A stretch of DNA of 64,000 bases from Chrysomallon squamiferum (Eukaryota; Animalia; Mollusca): the NCBI GenBank assembly GCA_012295275.1, contig CM022665.1, positions 36,580,001 through 36,644,000 of the forward strand, in the 5' to 3' direction. Of this stretch, positions 40,881-54,648 are shown piece after piece. A program made the translations under genes and the position numbers. The notes beneath the pieces are model-generated. The model did no database searches and was not told the origin of the DNA. It worked only from the letters and a program-made list of their open reading frames with translations. Each line of letters begins with the position of its first letter. Position 1 is the stretch's first letter.

Positions 40881-41692
40881 ACCATTGTTATTTTTCCGTT
40901 TGTATTCATAGATATATTTTAATCAGTCTAAGCGCTACGAATCACCAGATCTATACTATTACAATGTCTAGTTCCGTTTCTAGACAGAGCTCTACGATTC
41001 ATTTATCTCAGCTATGATAAGTATTTTTGTGTTTACTACAAAATTAGTTTTAAACAGTTTTTAACATTTGCCTTTTAAAAGAGTATGATTTCTTTGTAGC
41101 GGACTTTAAAAATAATTTCGCTGTCAAACAAGCATTTATCTAAAGAAATATGTTTTATTTCAAACCAAGCAGAAGTAAAATAAAACCAAACAATAACAAG
41201 AAAAAAACAACAAAACAAAAACTAAACAACAACAATAACAACTAAATTACAACAACAAAAACATAATACACCTAAATTAACTTCGGAAAAAACAAGAACA
41301 CATCTTACATCTCTCATATTTCATCATTATAATACAAACTACGTTATTGTCAAAATACAACACTGAAGGAACGCTATAATACAATTGTTTATAATGTTTT
41401 AACTGTTTCCTTCAGAGGTCTGTCTGTTCAAGTATACATCGACAAAAAGTGCTTCTAAGGAAGGCACGTTACTGTTACAAGCAAACTAATTGTATTTTAA
41501 TTTGCTTCATAACGTGGCAAAATGTTTTTAATTGACGACTGTGTACTTTCCCTCTGGTCTCTTGCACATGGCGTCATACATTTCTTTTGTAACGTCACCT
41601 CTGTGTGTGCTGTAGAATCAGTGTGGCAACACAATTGGACAAGCATCAGTGGTTAAAACACCAGCGAAGCGTCAAGTCAATGAACGACGACA

Positions 41693-42050
41693 AATAATTT
41701 CCGTAAAAAGGGATTTTGATTAGCGCTATGTAAAACTGACTTGATGTTAAATGGAAGAAAATAAATAAATTGTGGTTAACAGTACTAATCATTGTAATAA
41801 CCGTGAAAGGGGATTTTGATTAGCAATTTGTAAAACTGGCTTGATGTTAAACAGAAGAAAAACAAATAAATAACATTTAATAATATTAATCGAATAATTT
41901 CTGTGAAAAGGAATTTTGATTCGCGCTTTGTCAAATAGAAGAAAATAAATAAACAGTAGTCAATAATAATAATCTAATAATACCTGTGGAAAGGGATTTT
42001 TGTTTACTGACTTGATGATACTAAACAGAAGAAAGTAAATAAATAAATAG
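41693..42050. repeat. Degenerate tandem repeat, ~100-bp unit, 4 copies
   Basis: The CCGTGAAAAGGGATTTTGATT...ACTGACTTGATGTTAAA..GAAGAAAATAAATAAA motif recurs, with the GGATTTT-like anchor at 41711, 41811, 41911 and 41994. Confidence 0.88.
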
Positions 42051-42993
42051 TACGAGTTTTCATTAGCCAAATAACAACACTAATGAAAAAATTAAAAGGT
42101 CTTTATTAATATTAATCGAATAAAAGAATATTTTGTAATGGAATATTAAGTTCGCCTCATGTTAAAAATGGAAAATAAAAGAGTGGTTATAAATGTTAAT
42201 ATAATAACGTTCACGAAAATGAATAAATAAATCGAATACTCTAGAACAAATACTAATTACCTCACTCGAACACAAATATGAACTTGTTGAATTGATCTAA
42301 AAAAGTGGATTGCGTCTAACATAATTCGATTTTCGGCTGTTTGAAGAATCAACATGCCTCTCATTTGCAGACGTTTAATTAAACTCGGGGTAGATTACGT
42401 TCAAAACAAAGTGGCTGCGTTTGTTAATAAAATAAACCCGTGGGAATTCAGTTTCATCAACTTGTTCTGTTTTAACCTTTCAGCTGAATACGTTGTCTTG
42501 TGGTGGCTACGTTTTAACATTAAATAAAGTTTTATAATTATTAATGGGCTGTAAAGTCTTTATTTTAACTACTTATTTCAGTGACTTGACATACTCTAGG
42601 TGCGGATCTAGAGGGTTCCAAGATGTCGGTTATTTGTTTTCGTCATTTTAAAGTTCAAACAATAAGTAGTTTATTTTTGTATTCATAGATACGTCTGAGT
42701 TTTTATGGATGTTTGTTTGCATGTGTGTTCACCAAAATATATAATACTGCTATCATTAACAAGATCTATGTATTTTATTACAATAAACAATAGAAGATCA
42801 TGAATGTTTTGTCCCTCTGAAATAAAACCGGATTTGTCCCTGTTGTGGCATACGCCGATATATTCATTTGACTGACTAATTTTGATTATCTTGATAATGT
42901 CAATTCCTTGCTAAATACATGTAGATATTATATTCATACATGGTTTCGGATTAGTTATCTGTCTGTGTGTGAACCTCCGCACGAGCGAGTTGT

Positions 42994-43046
<53 letters not shown>

Positions 43047-44997
43047 TGTACGTGTGTGTGTGTGTGTTTGTGTTTGTGTGTGTATGTCTTTGGCTGGTAG
43101 AACATTGTGTTAATGAAAAGGAATTAATTTTTTAATGTCATTAAATTTTCATTTCCCTCGTATTCAGTTACAGCCTCTGAACAACAAGTGCGTCCTTAGT
43201 TCTTGACATAATTTTCCATTAATACACGTGTTGCCTTGTGTCATGCTGATATTTCTTCAAGAGAAAGTGTAACTTGAAAACGAATTGTGTATGTATTTCT
43301 TTCCAAGTATTTATATATATATATATATATTTTTTTTTTTTTTCAACACATTTATATCACAGATACCTCTGCATGTTAAATATGTAGAGGACTGTAGCTA
43401 CATTTTTTCAAACTTGTTTTTGGTTCTTAATATTTGACTTTCCTAATACATCTGTTGTGTTATTTCCTGTTCTACCCTCTTCCTCGACGTAAATTTCTCA
43501 ACAGCTGCAGTATGTGTTTTCCTGTCTGTGAGCAGGTGCAATGCTGCTAGCTGATAAAAATGTTTAAAGGAAGCGGCTTTCCTCTCATTTCATTGTACAA
43601 GAAACGTAAGAATGACAGATCTGTACTGAAATATCTCTCATTAAAAAAAACATTCATTCCTTTCTCACAGAGACGTTATTTTTATTTGTTCATTCACTGC
43701 AAGGAATGCGTGTTGAGATTATGAAAACAAATTTCACAAACGTTTAACGCAGCTACATTCTGTTATTTGTTATGTTTCTGTCGAAAAGAATATTATAAAT
43801 AAAAATTATTTTCATTAACAGGTAAAATAAGAAAACGAAAGTGGGAGTATTTCAGCTGGGTACTTGAGATGTGTAATACACTACAAAAATATTTAAATAA
43901 AAAAAAATATATATTAATTCATAACCGCATGATTCAGTAGAGGTGTATTACGTTCATTGTGTATTGTGTAACAAGTGTTTGAAGATGTGAATAATAATAA
44001 TACAAAAATTAATTTAAAATGTTGTTGCACTTAAATTTAATTTATATTTTCTTATTCTTCATATAAAGAATTTCAAGTGCATCGTATCAACGATTATCAT
44101 TCACGGTGGGTGAGACTGCTATGCTTATTATAATAAATGTGTTTCAAATCAGATCTTTTTTTATCAAAATGATTGATCGGGTCTTTACATAATGCAGTAA
44201 TGACGGGGTTAAATTTTTAACTGCTGATAAATCACACACTTGTCATAAGTAAACAAAAATAATTGGATATTCTTCTGAATCGCTTATGACCACCTTTCAG
44301 TGGAGTACGTATACCGACTCGCACGGATGACCACAATAAATATCTCCACGCTCTAGTGGACACTATAAACACATTTATCCTTGTCCTCTCTAGACCCCAG
44401 AACTTAAAGTTTTCTTGATAAAAAAAATAGTAATAATAAAAATCTAAACGTATGGAGCCATAATGGCGCCACCTTCTTAAGTCAGAAACCTTGAAACTTT
44501 TTGTATACTGACGTTCATAATCCTTTGCTACACTGCGATGTTGAAGCCCACAAAGAATGAGAATTTCAAAATGTCAGTGTGGTATTCAGAGCTAAGAAAC
44601 AATCACATACGTTGTATTAATTCCGTAACCGCCTGTTGAAGATGTTTTCTGCTTTCAAAAATTATATATATATATATGTGTGTGTGATTGTGAATTTTTG
44701 ATGGCAGAAAAATATATGTGATGGCCATGCTAAAAGTATCTATCTGTGAGAAGTTATTACACCGTGAAAGGGTTTTTGTTTGGTATCGTTGCAAAGGTTC
44801 TATTATGTACTACAGCGATATTAATCTACTTTAGTCGTTTTGTATTATGTGTTCATTTCCATTAGCTTTATAAAGTGAACAGTGCTGCTAGCATCATTTT
44901 ATTATTATTTTTTTTATCTGTAGTACCAGCCAGTATCAACATAACATTATTTTCCCCAAACCGTAGAATGATTTTACTTCTGCACATACCAGTGTTT

Positions 44998-45215
44998 GTA
45001 TGTATGTATGTATGTATGTATGTATGTATGTATGTATGTATGTATGTATGTATGTATGTATGTATGTATGTATGTATGTATGTATGTATGTATGTATGTA
45101 TGTATGTATGTATGTATGTATGTATGAATGTATGAATGTATGTATGTATGTATGTATGTATGTATGTATGTATGTATGTATGTATGTATGTATGTATGTA
45201 TGAATGTATGTATGT
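44998..45215. repeat. Long (TATG)n microsatellite
   Basis: About 215 bp with a few AATG variant units. Confidence 0.98.
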
Positions 45216-46019
45216 TTGAATGTTTGTATATAAATTTATATACATGTGTCTCTCATTCTGTTTACCTGTCTTTTTTCTGCCTGCCTCTTTCATTCTGTCT
45301 GTCTGTCTCTCTCTAACTTTCTATCTATCTGTCTCTCTATCTATCTGTCTCTATCTATATATCTCTCTATCCATATCTCACTCTGGCTGGCTGTCTGCCT
45401 CTCTCTGAGAAACAAACACAGATTCTTTCTTTCATTACACACGCATCTTCTCCCTTGTTGTTTTCGACTTGTCTCGCCATTACGAAATGTTAACACAGAG
45501 AGAAAAGGCTGAAGTCTTTTTTGTTTGTGTTGATTCTGCTCCACATCCACACAACTCATCTGACACTCGACACAACGCGTGAAAGCTGGAACTGTTCAAA
45601 CCCTGTGAATGAAACACATTCACTAATTGATAGCATTCCAGAACGGGCGAGAATTTGTCATTCTTTGAACAAGTTATTTCTTGGCGATTAGTTCCAGTGC
45701 TAACAGGAGTGGCGATTAACGCTTGATCTAAGCTGTTTGAGCCTCACATAAACACGTTTCTGCACAAGCGAAAAGAACCAAATGGAGTTAACTGTTAGCT
45801 GAGTTGCTTCACTTAGGCCAGACCCATTTCGAGAGTGGCCTGACCGAATAATAGAACTGCAAAATATCGTTAGATCTGGAACTGGATTTTTTTTTTTTTT
45901 TAATATCAATTTTAGTTATTTAACTGATATTCTGAAGAAAAAAATGAAATTAATAATATTCATGTTTCTGTGAAAAAGAGAGAATGGGTTAGTGAGAAAG
46001 AGACTAGAGAGAGAGACAC

Positions 46020-46121
<102 letters not shown>

Positions 46122-48439
46122 TGCATATAATTATTAATGTCTATTGTGTCTATTATTAATGACTTGACTTCTTGCCAAATTTTTCACAACTGATTGTTTT
46201 TTTTAAATAAAAATAAAAATCGAACGAAAAAGAAATGAAAAAATAATTTTTTTTTTTTTTTTTTTACATTAGTACTTTTTTTCACTTTTAACGTTGAGCT
46301 TCGGCAAATAAATTTATTTTCCCCAGACGGATCTATTTATTAATAGCCCTGTTGTTCCGCAATTCATTTTACGTAGCACCTAATTATTTTTACCTTTCTT
46401 TTGACGACACCAATTGTCCACGGAGCTGGGAAATGAGTTTATAATTTTCTCTCGGTTTAGATTGAGATTTTTGATTTGTTGGTAATGGCCTCGCTGGAAG
46501 CCGTATCTTCTTTCTCATCAGTGTTGTCTTTTTAGACATTCAAGCAACAATAGCAGCAGATGGTTAGAATATCTGAATAAACTGCTTGAATGAATTCCAG
46601 AATCAGATGAAATCCAGGTAATAGATCTTTAGTTTGCGTGCAAGATGGCCTGGCCGTCAAAATAAAAACAGTGTGCGTAATGGAAAGAAAAGGACCAGTG
46701 TGTATAAAACAAAATACAAAAAAAAACAAAAACAAAAAATTAGATGGTTTTATCAGAACATGCATTTGTGAAACATACGTCACATTCTGAATGGTCGTTT
46801 TGGGTTATTCCCCGTTGTAGTCAATATTCTGTGACTAGTTTATCAAAGGTTGTGTCATGGCCTGCTTGCTTATTTTTTAAATTTATTTATTTATTTATTT
46901 ATCTATTTATTTTATAAAGATTTTCATGGTAAAAGCATCTGTGGAGTGGTCATACACGTTTTTCTATCTCACATAATAACAATAAAAAATATCTACAAAT
47001 TAAAATCTACAAATCTTAAATTTATTTATTTATTAATATAATTATATATATATATATATTAATATATATATATTTTACAAATTTTTGCATCATATGCAAA
47101 ACAAACGTGTTTCTAATGTTTCACTCTAACACAAATTAATTTACCACCCCCACCTTTTTTTTATTATTGAATGGCGCATTTCATGATAAGTTTACAATTA
47201 GTCCCTTACTTCATGCATTAGTATATTATATTAAAGAGCGTCAGTTTATTAATACAATACTTATAATGTACTTCGGAGATTAGTACGTATAGCTTAATAA
47301 TCAAATACAGCATATGTTTATCTCTAGAAAATATTATCAGCAACTGACAAAAGATTTAAACGTCAAACAGGCATTCAAGAATCACACGAATTTTCGTCTG
47401 CGGCGGAGGACAGAGCGAGGAGGGTAGAAGGGTGAGGAGTTGTGTCTTACCATCTGGTATAAGAAAACCCCTCTACAGCTATCAGCTTAATTTTGTAAAA
47501 CATTTCTCCCTGTCAGCAAGTCTTCAACGTGGAAGTCTGTGTAAACGTAGAAAGACAGATGGTCTTTAGCGGTGTCGGGTGTCACTCGCTCATATTTTAC
47601 TGTCAGATTTCAAACATATTTGCCCGATTCCGTGTTACAATTTAGATAAGGCATCTCCAGTCGCGAAACCCGATATGTTGCCTTTAATTAACGCAGTGTG
47701 TTTTCCGCATAAAACTCTTTTGTTTTCGAAGCTAAATTTTCGTTTCGTCAATTCTGCAGACAAATTTTATGTGGAGCATGCCTTCCGACACCGCAAATGA
47801 TGAAAACACATTCGAAATGGAAAGAAACTTCCGAAAAACAAAGAAAATATGTTTAGCCGTCTGCTGAACTAGTTCTCTCGTCTGATGTTTCACTTCTGTC
47901 GTCTGCTGTTGGCAGTTGGTGTTGAAGTCGTCGTTCGTTGCGCACTGACAGACGTTCCGTGAAGATTGACAAGCTGCCTCGTTACGACTTCGACGTGGTT
48001 CTTCACAGTCGTGGGGGTCCACTGCCCCCATTGCCAGAAACGATGATATTGTTTACATTGCCCAACACGGCAGCGTTACTCATGGCAGAAAATTTACTGG
48101 CAGAACACATTTGACATCAGTAAAACAGAGAGAAGCTGATCTTTCTTTCTCTGAAGGTGGCTTCAGCTGGCACGAACTGAAAGAAATTGTTGACATCCAT
48201 TTTCAGCTGACATTACTCATTGCCCTACACACAAAAAAAGAAAAACTTGATTCTGTCATCAAGACAAAGATATTGGTTCTAATGGGAAGAGAGGAATTTA
48301 TTTCTATTGTGTAACCGGTTTCAGGGCTGTAGTCATCAACATCATTGATTCACCAGTGTGTCTAGCATATCTGCCAAACTAAGCAAACACATATCTATAT
48401 CTGTCTATCTATCTATCTTTCTATCTATATCTATATATC

Positions 48440-48522
<83 letters not shown>

Positions 48523-48751
48523 TTGTGTGTGTATATGTACTCACACATATATATACGTATGTATGTGTGTATATGGACCAAAACCTGTTTGATTCAGAAT
48601 AAGCTCTGGCATCATGCTATTACTGTACAGTGAAAATCAGCAGGTTTCATTATTGAATCAAATGATATAATCATTAAACAATCATCATAATGAAATAATG
48701 TTGCAGATATAATTGTGTAAAAATAAGCAGATACTAGCAGAAGAATAAATA

Positions 48752-48789
<38 letters not shown>

Positions 48790-49314
48790 GCAGATATGCT
48801 AGACATACATATATACATGATGAATGGACGGGTGTATAGATGGATAAATGAATGAATGAACAGATAGATGGATGGATGGATGGATGGATGGATGGATGGA
48901 TGAATGCGTGAACAGATGTTGTTAGACAAGATCGCAACACATTCTACTACTGAGGGTTATTAGATGTTTTGTGTTTGCATGAAAATGATGCAAAACAAGA
49001 AACCAGTTGTCACAAGTCATTGATTCATTATTTCTGTAACGAAACTTTTAAACGCATCTTTCTACAGACACATGCCATAGTTTTTGTTGAACGAGCTGAA
49101 GTATTTCGTCTAGAACTGGAAATGTGCGATCTAGACTGTCAGCCGGTCGTAAGTAAAACAAAAATTTATCTAATAAAATGAATTTATTGTAAATAATACT
49201 ATATGTTTTATTTTGATAAATAATTTAAATTTGAATTTTGCATACATACATACATACATAAATACATTCACACTCGTATATTTAGATACACACCTGCATA
49301 CATGCCAACATACA

Positions 49315-49359
<45 letters not shown>

Positions 49360-50218
49360 GTATGTATGTATGTATGTATGTATGTATGTATGTATGTATG
49401 TATGTATGTATGTATGTATGTATGTATGTATGTATGTTTGTGTAATCTGAAAGTACGAGGTGTTACACAAATGTTTTTTTCTCTTTTCTTTTACCTAACC
49501 GGTAGAAAGCTGTTCCCGTATGGACAACATCAGCTGGAACATTTACATATGTTGCTGGACATGTTGTGTTCGTGGGAAACGACAAAATCTTCTTTTGTCG
49601 GTTGATTACAGATGTTGAAAGTCGAATGTAAATGTGTTAGTATTGTTGAAAAGTGAAAACTGTTTATCCTCTGTGAACACATGTGCCAATCCATTGTTGG
49701 AGGGGCACTGAGAGACAATGATCACGTGTTTAGATATTAGAGGGAGGCATTATGACCTTTGACATGATTTCTGTCTTCTGGGAAAGTCTTTTATTGTGGG
49801 CGCAGCTAGGCTGCCTAAATAAATAGATCAAATGGACTTGAGATGCTTATCCTGGATATTTTGCTCCGGGGATAAACAAACGGTGAATATTTATTTTATT
49901 TTGGGTGTTCTGAAAGTAAAACAGTTGTTGTGGCCTACTTAACATGGCCGGAATGATAACAAGCAAGACTGTGACCAAGAAAGTTTATTATTTTTGGAAA
50001 TAAAAAGATAAAATAAAAAGATAACAATATTAACCTAATATATTTCAGTCTTGTAAAGGAACGAGTTCTTCTGTTTTCGTTGAATGTTTTGTTTGTTTGT
50101 TTTTCCTTTATTCTTCTTGAAATGTAAATTTCAGGACATCCGTGACATTTTCGAAGAATGCTAAACACTGACACACAGACACACATACAAGATATATACA
50201 TTCATATAGACACTTATA

Positions 50219-50221
<3 letters not shown>

Positions 50222-50303
<82 letters not shown>
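50222..50303. repeat. (AG)n microsatellite
   Basis: Uninterrupted AG run. Confidence 0.98.
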
Positions 50304-50304
<1 letters not shown>

Positions 50305-51102
50305 AGTTGAAAGACAGATAAAGAGAGTGAATTAAAAGGAGATATTATGATGATAACAGAGGTGTAGAAAGTTTAAAACAATTTGATAATTAAAAAAAGA
50401 AAGAGACACAGAAAATGATAGACGATTAAAGAAAGTTAGAAACTGAAGTAATAAAACCATTGTATTACAATTCATCATACAAGAAAAACAATATACATAA
50501 AACAATATCAGTCAAAACTAAAAAAAACGTATAGGCAACATATTTATAGTACTGTTCGACATCTCTTAATTGTCAGTTTTCGACATCCTTTCCTCTGTTT
50601 TTTATATATTTTTTTCTCTCTCTTTTCTCTAGTTATCCAGTCTTTCTTTCTTTTTGTTCACTGTAAAGCTATCTGTGCTGCGCATTACCAGACCTGCTGA
50701 CGGTTTTGTTGAAGCTGTCATGTGCACCCTGCTGACAGACAAACTCCTCAGTTCAGACAAGCTGCTGCGTAACGTGGATCTTCGCCGTCGTCGTGGAGGT
50801 CTTCTTTCCTACGTCAGAAGTAACGATGCTGTTAATGCAATATTAATGAGATCAAGTTCGATGAAAATAATTTCAAGAAAGTCGTTCGGTGCAAACACAC
50901 ATATAAAAGTCTGAATGTAAATCAAGAGATCATCACATGTTCTATGTTTGCATTAACTGTATTTTAATATATATATATATATCTGTATCTATATCTTTAT
51001 ATACATAGTTTTAAGTAAAATTTTGGGTAAAATTCATTGTTTAAAACAGAACAAATATATATATATATATATATTAAACTAATAATAATAATAATAATAA
51101 TA

Positions 51103-51134
<32 letters not shown>

Positions 51135-51290
51135 AAAAATTCAAGCAGTCATTAATATAAAGAGATCAATTTCATTTATTTTTCAATTATGTTTCACGCT
51201 AGTAATTATACTTAACAAAGATTCAGACTGTTATGAAATGGTATGATGAAGCCTGCATTGTCATCTCTAATAACCAGTTAATACATCACT

Positions 51291-52106
51291 GGGGTTAGGG
51301 TTAGAGTTAGGGCTAGGGCTAGGGCTAGAGTTAGGGTTAGGACTAGGACTAGGGTTAGGGCTAGGACTAGGACTAGGGTTAGGACTAGGAACTAGGACTA
51401 AAGTTAGTACAAGGACTAGGGCTATAGTTAGGGTTAGGGTTAGGGCTAGGGCTAGAGCTAGATGCTCTTTTCGGGAAACTTAAAAATGAAGCTTAATTGT
51501 TTTGTTTATCTTCTTATGGTTATGATTATGGTTATGGTTATAGTTATCATTATAGTTATGGTTGGGTTAGGATAAGGGTTAGAGTTGTGTTTGGTTAGGG
51601 TTAGGATTAGTGTTAGAGTTAGGGTTAAGGTCAGTGATGTTAGTTTGGAATTAACTAAAGACATATTTTATTACCCATATACCGAGATGCCTCTTTTCGG
51701 AAAACTTAAAAAATGAAGCCTAATTGTTTTGTATATCTTGTTAGAGTTATGGTTATGGTTATGGTTATGGTTATGGTTATGGTTATGGTTATGGTTAGGG
51801 TTAGGGTTAGGGTTGGGTTAAGGTTACGGTTACGGTTACGGTTACGGTTATGGTTAGGGTTGGGTTAGGGTTAGGGTTACGGTTACGGTTACGGTTGGGT
51901 TGGATTGGATTGGGTTGGTTGTGTTGGATTAGGTTAGGATTAGGGTTATAGTAATGATTATGGTTATGGTTTGGGTTGGGATAGTTTAGTGTTAGGGTTA
52001 GGGTTAGGGTTAGGGTTAGGGTTAGGGTTAGGGTTAGGGTTAGGGTTAGGGTTAGGGTTAGGGTTAGGGTTAGGGTTAGGGTTAGGTTAGGGTTAGGGTT
52101 AGGGTT
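51291..52106 (+). repeat. Interstitial telomeric-repeat locus: three arrays of TTAGGG and variant hexamers
   Basis: 15 perfect TTAGGG units at 51992-52081, then TTAGG and 3 more units to 52104. Upstream arrays are GGGCTA/GGACTA/GAGTTA (51291-51460), degenerate GGTTAT/TTAGGG (51516-51630) and GGTTAT/GGTTAC (from ~51745). Unique sequence continues on both sides, so this is not a chromosome end. Confidence 0.95.
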
Positions 52107-52214
52107 GGTGATGTCGGTTTAGAATTAACTAAAGACATATTTTATTACCCCATATACCAAGATGCTCTCTTCGGAAAACTTAAAAATGAAGACTAACTGT
52201 ATTGTATGTCTTGT
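51460..52214. repeat. Repeated ~108-bp spacer between and after the telomeric arrays (2 full copies, 1 partial)
   Basis: GTGATGT..GAATTAACTAAAGACATATTTTATTACCC..ATATACC.AGATGC..CTTTTCGGAAAACTTAAAAATGAAG..TAATTGT occurs at 51634-51741 and 52108-52214. Its 3' half also occurs at 51460-51515. Confidence 0.93.
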
Positions 52215-52228
52215 AAAGAAAAAATCAA

Positions 52229-52275
<47 letters not shown>

Positions 52276-52311
52276 CACACAAACATATACAATAAAAAAA
52301 AATTGTTTTCT

Positions 52312-52421
52312 TGTGCCATTTTTTCTAAATCTGCACTGTGCCATTTCTTCCGGGTTCCGTTTTTCCCATGTGCCATTTTTTCCGGTGCCATTTTTTCCAG
52401 TGCCACTTTTTCCGTATCCCC
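52312..52421 (-). mobile_element. Block of 15-16-bp subrepeats (GGAAAAAATGGCAC on the minus strand), putative solo terminus of a non-autonomous DNA transposon
   Basis: GTGCCATTTTTTCC-like units start at 52313, 52338, 52354, 52370, 52385 and 52400 and end sharply at GTATCCCC. The repeat is directly seen. Transposon identity (Mutator/Foldback-like subrepeat TIR) is inference, and no partner end or TSD was found. Confidence 0.45.
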
Positions 52422-53520
52422 ATGGAACAGCCACATATCACTGGCTTCATCCTGGCTTATTTATATTTCAGCATCTTTTCACTACCTGAAACAGTAACTG
52501 TTAGGCAAACAGTGTCCCCAGCCTTCATGTCTTAAGCAGAATTCTCAGAGATTTTGCTCACATTATGGTTCTCAAGCATTTCTCTCTTTTGTTTACTTTG
52601 ATGGAAGCAATACAAACATCACCCATACGTACCTGTTTACCAATTAACAATTCAATGATATCCAATAGCTGATGTAATACTCTGTGCTCGGTTATCGATA
52701 AATATTAATTATTTCGTTGCCGAATTGATCTCTTAGGCTAACAATTCATTCGTGAAGATGATGACGTAACCAAAATGGCCTCAAGCCACGTTTCAAAACC
52801 CGTCTTATCGGCTAGTCTTCGTATCCATCAATATTATTCTGATTTTTTAATTATCAATTCACCTTATTTCAGTTAAATGTCTTTGTCGTTGCTGTGGGTA
52901 TTATTATAACTGAATATGACAGTATTGGTTTTTCGTTTCTAACATGCCACTGAAATCGAACATGTGGATTAAAGTGGTCTACGCGTAACATTGGTTATTT
53001 AATACGTATTTGTTTCAATTCATCTTTAAACTGGATTGATTTACCAGTATTCAATGATGAAGAGCCGTAAAATCCAATAACAATAACTGAAATATGAAGA
53101 CGTTAAATAACTGGAATATATTTAATATAAAAGTAATAAAATGAAGGGGAAAAAAAAAAACGACAAAAAAAACAACAATTAAACATGAAAGATAATATTA
53201 AACAAAGATTAAAATGTAGTTAATATATTTAACTCAAAACATACTTACTTCTTCAGCGACTTTAGGATTCAAACCTGGCCAAATATTCTGGATTTGTGCC
53301 TTCTACAGAACCACCTCTTCTTTTATTCTTACGTCCATCTATTTTCACCTTTTTGGTGGATATTTCAAATATTTTGATGTTTTGCTTTGTCCTACCAATA
53401 CATCAAAACTGCAACCGGAATCCGTAATATTTTAATTGTCGCATATGCTTGTTATGAGATTTCTGGTTGTTTTTTTTGTTGTTTTTTTTTCGGGGGTGGG
53501 GTAATATTTTTATTTTTATT

Positions 53521-53555
<35 letters not shown>

Positions 53556-54195
53556 CTTATTATTTTTATTATTATTATTATTACTAATATTTATTTATTT
53601 ATTTTTATTTTTTTATTGTTTTATTATTATTATTATTTTTTTGTTTTGTTTTAAAGTTATTTCTTGATTTTCACACTGTTATAAATTTAAGCTTTTCTAA
53701 CAAACATTTACTGTGTTAACCTGTATAAATAACTGCGGACTACTGTATTAACGATCGAATTACTATGTCTTAAAGCTAACAAACCACACTATACTAGAAC
53801 AACAATATTATACACTTTACACGGTGACTACTATTATATTTTCTGTTTTATTATTACCGAAATAGCTAATGTATTCGAATTAATTCATGGACTGATTTAA
53901 TTAAATAATTAATTTGCATTAAGTAACAGTTACAGTGACAGTTATTTTATTGAAAAGCACACATTTTATACATAATTATGCATAGAAAAATACAATTACA
54001 ACTGCGTACATATACAAAAAAACGACACATATTCATACATAGCAGAGCTATTTGCAATCATTTCGAAAACAAAACAGTAGTTACCATAAGTGAAGTAAAC
54101 GTGTATTCCATTCAGTGTAAACATTTAGGTGTAAATGTTCCTGGGATAGGCCTATGTTTTCATTCAAATAATACTTTTACTTTTTAGACTTTTGG

Positions 54196-54622
54196 TGTTG
54201 TTGGACACAGACATTAAATTACGACATACATGTTGATGTTGTTGCACGTAGATATTAAATGTCGACATACATGTTGATGTCGTTGGACGTAGACACTAAA
54301 TTAAGGGACATACATGTTGATGTCGTTGGACGTAGACACTAAATTAAGGGGCATACATGTTGATGTCGTTGGACACAGACATCGAATTACGACGTACATG
54401 TTGATGTCGTTGGATGCACGATATTAATACGACTTAACTGTTGTTGTTAATGGACACAGACATTGAATGATACTGGACATACACATTAAATTATGACATA
54501 TCCATTGATGTTGCTGGACACTGACACTAACTTACGACATACTTGCTTGTGTTGTATGTCGCTGACACTAAATGTAGACATACTTGTTGCTATTGCTTGT
54601 CATGGACACTAAACTATGACAT
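54196..54622. repeat. Minisatellite, 41-43-bp unit, about 10 copies decaying rightward
   Basis: Consensus TTGGACRYAGACAYTAAATTACGACATACATGTTGATGTCG. Unit anchors at 54201, 54242, 54283, 54326, 54369, 54410 and ~54450, with degenerate copies to ~54622. Confidence 0.93.
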
Positions 54623-54648
54623 TAGCCAATGTGGATTTTAAAAAATTG

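Noticed and set aside
42597-42625. AGGTGCGGATCTAGAGGG resembling a MITE terminus
   Set aside because: No matching inverted end or TSD was found, and it is too short to call.
49454-49480. TACGAGGTGT resembling a mariner TIR start
   Set aside because: No partner TIR and no transposase remnant follows.
50654-50914. 86-aa complex ORF downstream of a pyrimidine tract
   Set aside because: TTG start, no recognisable homology, and a length compatible with chance.
51291-52106. True telomere or telomere-telomere fusion site
   Set aside because: Unique sequence flanks both sides and there is no inverted CCCTAA array.
52125-52497. ORFs with EKMAP or GKNGT peptide repeats
   Set aside because: They are translations of the 15-bp DNA subrepeats and the (CA)n tract, open in several frames.
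53262-53281. Minus-strand B-box-like GGTTTGAATCC
   Set aside because: The stem is imperfect and no A-box or tRNA fold is evident.
54196-54622. CRISPR-like periodicity
   Set aside because: Whole units repeat with no unique spacers, there are no cas genes, and the context is eukaryotic.
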